DNA from: Capsulimonadaceae bacterium
Lineage (GTDB): Bacteria > Armatimonadota > Armatimonadia > Armatimonadales > Capsulimonadaceae
Assembly (NCBI GenBank): GCA_965215505.1
Contig: OZ244065.1
Location: 2,496,001-2,560,000, forward strand
Reading direction: 5' to 3'
Length of the DNA stretch: 64,000 nucleotides
The notes under the pieces are model-generated. The model did no database searches, was not told where the DNA came from, and saw nothing but the letters and a program-made list of their open reading frames with translations. This document shows, in pieces, positions 19,421 through 26,768 of this stretch. The position numbers and the translations under genes were made by a program. Numbering within the stretch: position 1 is the stretch's first letter; the number at the start of each line of letters is the position of its first letter.

Positions 19421-20041
19421 TTACAAAGCGCGCCGGGCGCGCAGGCTCAGGATCAGGTCCACTTCGCCTCGCCCCAGGCCCGTCCGGCGGGTGATCTCGG
19501 CGGGGTCGGTGACGCCCGCCTCCAGCAGCGCGTAAAGCGGCGCGTGGGCGGCGATCTCCGGTTCAGCCGCCTCCAGGTCCTGGGAGAAGACCGGGAAGGA
19601 CGCCGACGGGGGCAAGGCGCTCAACGCGGGCATCGGAGCCGGTGCCGAGACAGGTGCCGGGACAGAAACCGATGCCGCCATGGGAACAGGCACAGCAGCC
19701 GGAACGATGCCCACCGGAGCGGCCTCGGGAGGAGGCGCAAAGGGCGGCATCGGCGACAATGACATGACTGTAGGGGCGGACGCCGGGGCAGGCATAGGTA
19801 CCGGGGCAGGCGACGGCCTTACCTCCTGGAGCCTGCGCTCCGCAGCCTCCATGCGGGCGGCCAGATCCGTCACCAGGGCTTCCAGCGTGACACAGAGCTG
19901 TTCCAGTTCGCGTGCGTCGGCCTGCGCGGCGGCAGGCAGCGGCGGCGCGGGCCGGGAGGCGAGGTCGCGCCGGGCCAGCCACCACACGGCGCCGGTAAAA
20001 GCCAGGATCAAGAATTGGACGAGCAGCACTTCGATAGACAC
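19421..20041 (-). CDS. Membrane-anchored hypothetical protein (coiled coil, Pro-rich linker, C-terminal HTH-like)
   Basis: N-terminal TM segment; C-terminal EITRRTGLGRGEVDLILSL. Confidence 0.75.
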   Translation of the reverse strand: MSIEVLLVQFLILAFTGAVWWLARRDLASRPAPPLPAAAQADARELEQLCVTLEALVTDLAARMEAAERRLQEVRPSPAPVPMPAPASAPTVMSLSPMPPFAPPPEAAPVGIVPAAVPVPMAASVSVPAPVSAPAPMPALSALPPSASFPVFSQDLEAAEPEIAAHAPLYALLEAGVTDPAEITRRTGLGRGEVDLILSLRARRAL

Positions 20042-20079
20042 AGTTTATAGCAAGGTTCGTAAGTGGGCCGCGGCACTGG

Positions 20080-21012
20080 TCACAGGGCCGCTTGAAGCAT
20101 CTTCCCAGACGACGTCTGGCGGCCCACCAGCAGAGTGATCAGGCGCGTCCCGTTCCGCCCGCGCAGGACGTCCGGTTTGAGCCACAGGCACAGCCGCCCC
20201 CCGCCGTCGGTCACGACCAGGCGGCTGACCGCGAGGATCGGGACGCCGGGGAAGACACCCAGCAGGGTCACGTCGCCGGGCGGCAGCTGGGCGGCCTCGG
20301 CCAGACGCCGCCCCTCCGCCTCGAAGGCCAGCGCGAGCGGCACACCCGGCGGCGGGGCAAGCCCACGCCGCGTCAGGGCCATCCGGCTCAGGACGGCGTC
20401 GCCGCCCCAGCGGACGCGCAAGTCGGGGACGCGCGGGGGGCGCAGCGCGCGGCACCGGGGGGCGTCCACGCCCCACCCCTTCAGCGCCCGGCCGGACTTC
20501 CCGCCCGGCAGCGTCAGGAGGCCGACGGGGCGGACGCGCACCGGCTCGGGCGGCAAGGCCAGAAACGAGTCTGGCAGTCGCACCACGAAGGCGGGCAAGA
20601 GCAGGTCCGCGTTCTCAACGCGCCCCGCTTTGGCCCGGAAGACCGTCATCGCGCGGCAGACAGACGGCGCGAGCGCCGCGCTGCCTTCCGCAAGGCGGGC
20701 GACGGGGAGCAGGTCGCCGTCACGCGCGCCCGCCCCGGCCTCGGGGACGGGGGCCTGCCGGGTCGCGCCCAGCGGCTTCCAGTCCCGCTCCCGCCCGCCA
20801 GGCGCGACCGGGGCCGGAGGGCCAAGCGGCGTGACGCGGACGCCGACCGCCGCCGTCATCTGCGATGGGGGCAGGTCCCGCACGGCGACACGGGAGGCCA
20901 GCCGCCCCAGAGCGCGGCGGACGGCCTGCCAGGCACGGCTGGGCGGCCCGGCGGCCTCCGGCAACGCCTCGGCAGGTCCTACGGCCCCGCCTCCTTGTTC
21001 TCGTCGTCCCAT
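20080..21012 (-). CDS. Hypothetical protein
   Basis: Fills the gap in a co-directional operon; plausible globular C-terminus; start uncertain. Confidence 0.5.
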   Translation of the reverse strand: MGRREQGGGAVGPAEALPEAAGPPSRAWQAVRRALGRLASRVAVRDLPPSQMTAAVGVRVTPLGPPAPVAPGGRERDWKPLGATRQAPVPEAGAGARDGDLLPVARLAEGSAALAPSVCRAMTVFRAKAGRVENADLLLPAFVVRLPDSFLALPPEPVRVRPVGLLTLPGGKSGRALKGWGVDAPRCRALRPPRVPDLRVRWGGDAVLSRMALTRRGLAPPPGVPLALAFEAEGRRLAEAAQLPPGDVTLLGVFPGVPILAVSRLVVTDGGGRLCLWLKPDVLRGRNGTRLITLLVGRQTSSGKMLQAAL

Positions 21013-21545
21013 AGCATCTTGATCGCGGCCTCAACGCGGGCCAGCGGCTCGGTCGGGTCCATCGTCCGCCCGGCTTCAGTCAGCAGGCGGGTCGCCTCGG
21101 CCCGCAGGGCGGCGTCGCCCGGCATCGGCAGCCGGATTCGGACGGGGGAGCCGCTATCGGTGACTTGCAGGAAGTACTCGGTGTCGGAGATGTCCTGGAC
21201 CGCGCCGAACTCCTTCAACGGCGGGACGCGCGCGCCGAGCATCAGGAGGACGCGCTTGCCCGCCGCCGCGACCGTGTCCAGCAGGGCAGGTTCCGAGACG
21301 ACGAACAGGTCCGGCTTCTGTTCCAACCGCCCGATCAGGTTGCCCGCGATGACGTCCCCGTGGATGTATTTTTCAAGCACGTCGCCGTACAGGATGCGCT
21401 GCAACTTGGTGGCGCGCACCGGCTCGGTGTAGCGGAATTCCAGGGGCAGCCCGTGGACGTCCGTCACCATCGCGCCGCCCATGAAGACGTCCTCGGCCAC
21501 GGACAGGGACAGGACATAGCCGATACTGAGTTTCGCCGCCGCCAT
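20979..21545 (-). CDS. Conserved hypothetical protein
   Basis: GGAMVTDVHGLPLEFRYTEPV..TKLQRILYG; host-like codons; promoter upstream. Confidence 0.8.
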   Translation of the reverse strand: MAAAKLSIGYVLSLSVAEDVFMGGAMVTDVHGLPLEFRYTEPVRATKLQRILYGDVLEKYIHGDVIAGNLIGRLEQKPDLFVVSEPALLDTVAAAGKRVLLMLGARVPPLKEFGAVQDISDTEYFLQVTDSGSPVRIRLPMPGDAALRAEATRLLTEAGRTMDPTEPLARVEAAIKMLWDDENKEAGP

Positions 21546-21615
21546 TGGCTTTCCCGCCCGCCCCTCTCGCCATCCCCATTGTCTACCGCGACGGCCTGCC
21601 GCCGTGTTCCCGCTT

Positions 21616-21708
21616 AGTGTAGCCTATTCGGGGCGAGGTGTCAAGCCTGGGGGCAAACCTGGGGCCGAAGGCAAGGCCGTTGACAGGGGGCGGACAATCA
21701 AGTATGAT
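21616..21708. promoter_or_regulatory. Divergent sigma70-type promoters
   Basis: Minus strand TTGACA-17-TACACT (21644-21616); plus strand TTGACA-17-TATGAT (21680-21708). Confidence 0.7.
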
Positions 21709-21742
21709 GAGGCGACGGCGGTAGACATGGAGGTGATGGCCA

Positions 21743-22142
21743 ATGATCGCCATTGCGGAGTTACGGAAGACGGCGCGCGAACACCTGCGCCTGGCGGGGA
21801 TACTGCACAAGAACCGCGCCCTATGACGGCGCGGTCTATCACTGCGGCTACGCGGTCGAGATCGCGCTGAAGACGCGCCTCTGTCGCACACTGCGCTGGG
21901 CGGGGTTCCCCGGGTCGGCGAAAGAGTTCCAGAACTTCAAGAGCCTCCAGACGCACAATCTGGAGACGCTGCTGAGGTTCTCGGGCGTGGAAAGCCGCGT
22001 CACGCTCGCCCTTGATGCCGAATGGTCACAAGTCAAGGAGTGGAACCCGGAGCAACGCTACGACCCGGTGGGAACACAGACCGCCGCCGACTCCGGCGAC
22101 ATGATCACTGCGACCCGGAAGATTTTGAGGACGGTACTATGA
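21743..22142 (+). pseudogene. HEPN-domain protein with a +1 frameshift
   Basis: GGAGGT RBS and ATG at 21743 give MIAIAELRKTAREHLRLAGILHKNRAL*. Removing one C at 21819-21821 joins it to YDGAVYHCGYAVEIALK...THNL..LL...WNPEQRY. Confidence 0.75.
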
Positions 22143-22539
22143 CTCTTTTCGACAAGCTTCAGCAGGCAGAAAAGGAACTCTCGCAGGAATGCGGAGGGTT
22201 CACCCTCTTCGGCCTGTTCGAGCGCCGCAATCTGATTGGCAGATGGGACGTAGTCATGTCCGCTCCGTGGCTCGGGACAGACTATGCGGCACGCAAGTGG
22301 ATGGTGAAGAACTTGCAGTGGCGCTTCACGGACGAGGAATGGCTGAAACTGGCCGGCGTCATGCCGCTGAACCCAGAGGGGGAGTTCGTCACGGGGATCG
22401 GTCTGCTGTACCCGATGGAACACGGGCTGAAGCACATCCCGAGCATCATCCTGAGCGAGCAGGAGATCAACCGGGGCGTCATCATCACGGCGAACCCCAG
22501 GCAGTCCGCGCGCCGGAGCCGGCGGCCCTGGCGGCCTAA
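22139..22539 (+). CDS. HEPN-associated hypothetical protein (probable frameshift near its 3' end)
   Basis: ATGA-coupled; FTLFGLFER....RWDVVMSAPW. As read it runs to 22609; one extra C at 22495-22498 gives a natural end NPQAVRAPEPAALAA* at 22539. Confidence 0.65.
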
Positions 22540-22803
22540 AAGAACACGGCAAAAAGAAACGGATGTTCGGGGAACAAAACGGGGGCCGGCGTCGTTTAAA
22601 CCAGTGTGAGCCGCCGCCGATCCTCAGTGCCGAGGGTGGGCGGCAGCCCTAGTCCAGCGAAGCGGCCCGGCGGGCGCAGACCAGCCCGCCGCATCGCCGC
22701 CCGGTGCCCCGGTGGCCCGTACAGACGCGGGCCGGCGCGGGCGGATCGTCCGCTTCGCCTGCGAGTTTTTATCTCCCGAAGGCGGACGCAGGTGGGGTGA
22801 CGG

Positions 22804-22832
22804 TTGACAAACCGTGCCCCCTGCGTTATAAT
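22804..22832 (+). promoter_or_regulatory. Consensus sigma70 promoter of tRNA-Leu
   Basis: TTGACA-17bp-TATAAT. Confidence 0.85.
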
Positions 22833-22853
22833 ACCTCTGCCCCATTCGAAAAA

Positions 22854-22936
22854 GCCGAAGTGGCGGAATGGCAGACGCGGAGGTCTCAAAAACCTTTGGG
22901 GGCAACCTCGTGGGGGTTCGAGTCCCCCCTTCGGCA
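22854..22936 (+). tRNA. tRNA-Leu(CAA)
   Basis: GCCGAAG/CTTCGGC acceptor stem; D-loop GGAATGGCAGAC; anticodon loop CTCAAAA; long variable arm; GGTTCGAGTCC; no encoded CCA. Confidence 0.95.
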
Positions 22937-22953
22937 GTAGGAAAGACGCACGG

Positions 22954-22998
22954 CAGCCGCCGGACCTCAGGATGAGGTCCGGCGGCTGTTTTTGTTTC
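22954..22998 (+). terminator. Intrinsic terminator after tRNA-Leu
   Basis: cagccgccggacctca-gga-tgaggtccggcggctg followed by TTTTTGTTT. Confidence 0.9.
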
Positions 22999-23012
22999 TG
23001 TCGCTTCCGGGG

Positions 23013-23672
23013 TCAAGGGGAAGCGGCGGGGGCGCTCTCGGCCATGATGTGGTCCACGACCCAGCCGGACGGGGTGCGGTGGAGGTGGACCGACTGCGGG
23101 ACGACGTGGGCGGGACTGTCCCGGACGGCCTGTTTGGTGGCGACCGAATACTCGGTCTGGCTCCAGGTTTCCGAAACCTCCACCTGCGCCTCGGAGCCGT
23201 CCGGGGCGAGGGCGAACGGGCCGAACCGCTGGCTCAGAAGGCGGCCCTCGGAGAAAACCCCCTGACGGCGCAGCGACTGGAGGGCGGTCAGTTCGCGCTG
23301 GAGGGCGTCCCCGGAATAGCAGGGGAACAGCGGGGCCGGGTCGAGGTCATGGAAGGACCGGCTCTCGGCATCATCGGCCCGGCGGATGGCGGCGGCGAGG
23401 TCCGCCTGCGAACCCGACTGCGGGCTGGGGCTGGGGCGGGCGGCCTGACGGGAACGGCCCGCGAGGGTGAGCGCGGTGCGGGCGAAAGCGAGCAGCACGA
23501 TGAGGACGAGGACGGCCCCTAGCGCCCCGAAGACGGTCCAGACGACGGCGGCGCGTGTCCCGCCGCGCGGGGACGGGGCCTGGGTGTCGGGGACGAGCGG
23601 CCGGCCGTCGTAGAGGCAGAAGCGCAGGGCGGCGTCGCTAAAGATGCGCCCGCACTGCGGGCAGCGCATCAT
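23013..23672 (-). CDS. Zinc-ribbon membrane protein with an extracytoplasmic NTF2-like domain
   Basis: MMRCPQCGRIF...FCLYDG; TM segment; AQVEVSETW...LHRTPSGWVV; coupled to the upstream gene. Confidence 0.75.
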   Translation of the reverse strand: MMRCPQCGRIFSDAALRFCLYDGRPLVPDTQAPSPRGGTRAAVVWTVFGALGAVLVLIVLLAFARTALTLAGRSRQAARPSPSPQSGSQADLAAAIRRADDAESRSFHDLDPAPLFPCYSGDALQRELTALQSLRRQGVFSEGRLLSQRFGPFALAPDGSEAQVEVSETWSQTEYSVATKQAVRDSPAHVVPQSVHLHRTPSGWVVDHIMAESAPAASP

Positions 23673-25309
23673 GGCGTCGCCGCCCCTTCTGTTGTCGCCC
23701 CCTCCATCCCCGCCGGCCTCAGTGTGCCCACTGCGGCGCGCTCCACCTGAGCGGCCTGCACCTGCTTGATGCCGTCCTGGATGAAGCCGAGGATCGCCAG
23801 CCAGGCGACGACGATCAGCCCGGACAGCAGCACATAATAGATCAGCATCGGCAGGGGGACGATCAGTTCGATGTCCCAAAGCGTGTGCAGGCCCATCGCC
23901 AGGAACAGGACGCGCAGGAAGCGGCCGTCGCCGAGCATGGCATACTGGAACGGCCGATCGCCCTTGACCTTCCACAAGGCCGCGCCCTCCAAAGCCGCCC
24001 ACGCGACGTGGCCGCCGGGCGCGAGTACGCCCCGGAGCAGGATGGTGTGCTGGATGGCGTCGAAGTCTATGTGCAGGCCGCCCGTGTCGGTCACGGCCAG
24101 GCTGCCGAGCAGGGCCTTCAGCGCGTAGCCGGCCGACTCGAAGCCCGCGAAACCCGCCCCGATGGCCCCGCCCAGCAGCAAACCATTCAGCGTCCAGCGG
24201 TACTTCGGGTGGCTGGCGAACAGCAGCAGGGCGGCGGCCTTGCCGACCTCCTCGATGACGCCCGGCAGGCCGCCCCCGAACAGCCCGTAGCCGAAGAGGC
24301 TGACGATCAGGGACAGGACGCCGCCGATGAGGATGGCCCGGAAGACCTGGTAGAAAGACACGTTGCGCGGCACGTTCATCTCGAAGTAGAGGACGACCAC
24401 GGTCAGCGGGATGGCGAACGAGCCGAGCAGGATCAGGCCGGGCAGGCAGTTGGGGTTGCCGAACTCCTGCACCCCGAAGAAGAAGCCGCCGTAGGCCAGC
24501 AGGGACAGCAGGAGGATTTTGAAGAACAGCCACGGCTTGGGCCAGACGGCGGGAACCGCCTCGATGGGAGGGGTCGTGGCCCGGCCCCCGACCAGGAAGA
24601 AGTCTTCGACGTCCTCCTCGGTCCGCTTCTCCAGGACGGAGGAGAACATCTCGCGGGCGTCCAGGCCCTCCACGGGGCTGACGCCCGTGACCGCCCCCAC
24701 GCGCTGGTTGAGCGCCTGGAACCAGCTTCCCGCCGGCAGCGCCCCGCCGGGCAGCGCCCCGCCGGGCAGCGCCCCGCCGGGCAGCGCCCCGCCGGGCAGC
24801 GCCCCGCCGGGCAGCGCCCCGCCGGGCGGCGGCCCGGCGGCCCGAGGCGGGATCGTGCCGTTCATCGGGCCGGGGGCGGGGACCGCTTCGCCCTGCCAGA
24901 GCGACCGGCCCACACGGAGCTGACCGCCGGGCGGCAGCGTACCTTCCGCTTGTGCCGCCCCGTTCAGGAACAGCGGAGCGCCGTCATGCGACCGGAAATA
25001 GAGGTAGCCGTTCTGGAAGACGAAGTCCGCATGGGCGGGCGCGGCGTCGGGGTCGTCGGAGAGCAGGCCCGAATGCAGGGCCGTCCCCAATGTCACGCCC
25101 GACGCGCCCAGCACGAACCGCTTGCCCGCGTCCGGCCCCGCCACACAGGCCAGGACAACGCTCGGGCCGGGGCCGCCGGGTGGGGGGCCGACGGGCGTCG
25201 GGACTGGCGGCGGGGGGCCGCTCGGGGCGGGTGCCGCCAAGGGAGCGCCGCAGCGCCCGCAGAAGGCGGCATCGGGCGGGTTGGGGAGGCCGCAGCGGGG
25301 GCACGTCAT
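23669..25309 (-). CDS. PrsW family intramembrane metalloprotease with zinc ribbon and FHA-like domain
   Basis: CPRC..FCGRCG; FHA-like region; IEEVGK; GAGFAGFES; GHVAW; LHTLWD. Confidence 0.88.
   Translation of the reverse strand: MTCPRCGLPNPPDAAFCGRCGAPLAAPAPSGPPPPVPTPVGPPPGGPGPSVVLACVAGPDAGKRFVLGASGVTLGTALHSGLLSDDPDAAPAHADFVFQNGYLYFRSHDGAPLFLNGAAQAEGTLPPGGQLRVGRSLWQGEAVPAPGPMNGTIPPRAAGPPPGGALPGGALPGGALPGGALPGGALPGGALPAGSWFQALNQRVGAVTGVSPVEGLDAREMFSSVLEKRTEEDVEDFFLVGGRATTPPIEAVPAVWPKPWLFFKILLLSLLAYGGFFFGVQEFGNPNCLPGLILLGSFAIPLTVVVLYFEMNVPRNVSFYQVFRAILIGGVLSLIVSLFGYGLFGGGLPGVIEEVGKAAALLLFASHPKYRWTLNGLLLGGAIGAGFAGFESAGYALKALLGSLAVTDTGGLHIDFDAIQHTILLRGVLAPGGHVAWAALEGAALWKVKGDRPFQYAMLGDGRFLRVLFLAMGLHTLWDIELIVPLPMLIYYVLLSGLIVVAWLAILGFIQDGIKQVQAAQVERAAVGTLRPAGMEGATTEGAATP
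24735..24824. repeat. 15-bp tandem repeat x6 encoding (GGALP)6
   Basis: ggcagcgccccgccg repeated. Confidence 0.92.
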
Positions 25310-25432
25310 CGGCTCTCGCGCGCTCCATTCGTGGGGGAGGTGTGCATGGCCTTGATTCTACCCCAAGCGCGGGCCTGCGCGGACACTCTGGGGAAAGTAG
25401 GCTGAGACACGAATAAGAATAGCAGCCGGGTA

Positions 25433-25909
25433 TCAGGGGCGAGCCTCTTCTCGCTCCCGCTTCTTTTCTTCCTCCGACCAATACTGGTCCCAGCATCGGA
25501 CTTCGTCCAGCGCCAGAACGCAGTCCTCGCTCCCTTCACCGTTCACCCAGATGTTGAACTCGACCAGAAGATCGCTCCATTGTCCGTTCAGGGGCAGATC
25601 GAAGCTGACATCACCGGCGAGGCCGGTCTTCTCAGGGTTGTACCACTTCACCTCCCGTGTCGGTACATGACCGAGTGTGATGGCAGCATCAGGGGAAGTC
25701 ACTTTGAATGAGCGTGTACCAGGATAAAGTTCGAGCGGGCGGTAACTCGCGAGAGCAAGATCCAGCCGCTCCGGTGTCCACACTTCATACCCGTCGAGGG
25801 CGATTGCGGTGAAGGCGGCTTTCGTCCCCGACGCTGCCCACAGGTCTATCCATGCTTCTACGACTTGTAAGACATGTTCGTTGGGAGAGTCACAGGGGAA
25901 ATATATCAT
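25433..25909 (-). CDS. Hypothetical acidic protein (possible orphan immunity protein)
   Basis: Lower GC; follows an RHS fragment; FDLPLNGQWSDL. Confidence 0.65.
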   Translation of the reverse strand: MIYFPCDSPNEHVLQVVEAWIDLWAASGTKAAFTAIALDGYEVWTPERLDLALASYRPLELYPGTRSFKVTSPDAAITLGHVPTREVKWYNPEKTGLAGDVSFDLPLNGQWSDLLVEFNIWVNGEGSEDCVLALDEVRCWDQYWSEEEKKREREEARP

Positions 25910-26093
25910 GGGGTTTGCGCGCCGTTGACCCTCCCCCGTCGAGCCGCTGGGCGACGTTGCCGCGCTCGTCGAAGGTGTAGAAGACGCTGGCGTTGGTGGC
26001 GGCGGTGTGGCGGGAGACGAGGCCCTGCGCGCCGAAGGTGTTGACGGCCTGGAGGTTGCCGTTGGCGTCGAGTTCGGCTATGGGGTCGAACAT
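25890..26093 (-). pseudogene. RHS repeat fragment
   Basis: PIAELDANGNLQAVNTFGAQGLVSRHT....FYTFDERGNVAQRLD; truncated at both ends. Confidence 0.8.
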
Positions 26094-26121
26094 TCACCGG
26101 GGGAGAGGCCAGCACTACTCC

Positions 26122-26448
26122 CTAGTTCTCTCCCAGAGACTCGACTACGCTTTTTGGCTCTCGTCTGAGAAACCCGTAGTAGTATATTTCTCCCCCACCC
26201 GCGTTGTGTGTATGAAGATTGTAGCCATCCACATAACCTACGCCAATATCCCACTCGTCATGAGGAACGATGCTCAATCTGTCCCCATGAGAAATCCAGT
26301 AACAACAGACCAGGGTCGGGATCAGAATGATGAGCGCAAGCAGGGCGGCGATGGACTCAGAAATCGATGGCCGCCTCACGCCCTTTGCGGGTAGCTTTGT
26401 TTTCACGAAAGATGATCTCCGTCGCGGCCTCGGAGGAGGGCGGGACAT
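26122..26448 (-). CDS. Small membrane protein, lower GC (possible orphan immunity)
   Basis: Single TM segment; start uncertain (GTG at 26406 possible). Confidence 0.45.
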   Translation of the reverse strand: MSRPPPRPRRRSSFVKTKLPAKGVRRPSISESIAALLALIILIPTLVCCYWISHGDRLSIVPHDEWDIGVGYVDGYNLHTHNAGGGEIYYYGFLRREPKSVVESLGEN

Positions 26449-26454
26449 GAAGGA

Positions 26455-26675
26455 GGGCGGGGGGATCCCGCCCCTACACGAGCCAGGTCACTGGCGCATC
26501 GCCCTGGCGTCGTGGCTGGGTTTCCTGACCCTCCTTGCCAGTGGCTATGCCCCTCCGAAGCCCCAAATGGGCGGCCCACCGGCGGTTTAACGCCGGGCGC
26601 CTTCGGGGCCGAACCCCCTGGCTTCACCGGGGGGGCGCGTTGTAAGAAAAAAGGGCGCGATGGATCGCGCCCTAC
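26455..26675. repeat. GTAG-type REP-like palindromes
   Basis: gggcggggggatcccgcccctac (26455-26477) and gggcgcgatggatcgcgccctac (26653-26675). Confidence 0.65.
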
Positions 26676-26711
26676 GGGATGCCCTTGCGGGCCGTTTTGA
26701 GAAGCAGGAGT

Positions 26712-26750
26712 GCCGCCGGGTTTCATTGCTGAAACCCGGCGGCTTTCTTT
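26712..26750. terminator. Terminator-like hairpin downstream of the S53 protease
   Basis: gccgccgggtttca-ttgc-tgaaacccggcggc followed by tttcttt. Confidence 0.75.
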
Positions 26751-26768
26751 GTGTCCCCTCTCGGTCCG

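Noticed and set aside
23673-24533. 506-aa ORF 23013-24533 as a single protein
   Set aside because: The upstream part overlaps the PrsW gene out of frame; the real start is the coupled ATG at 23672.
22854-26700. Integrative element at tRNA-Leu
   Set aside because: No integrase and no duplicated tRNA 3' end were found in the window.
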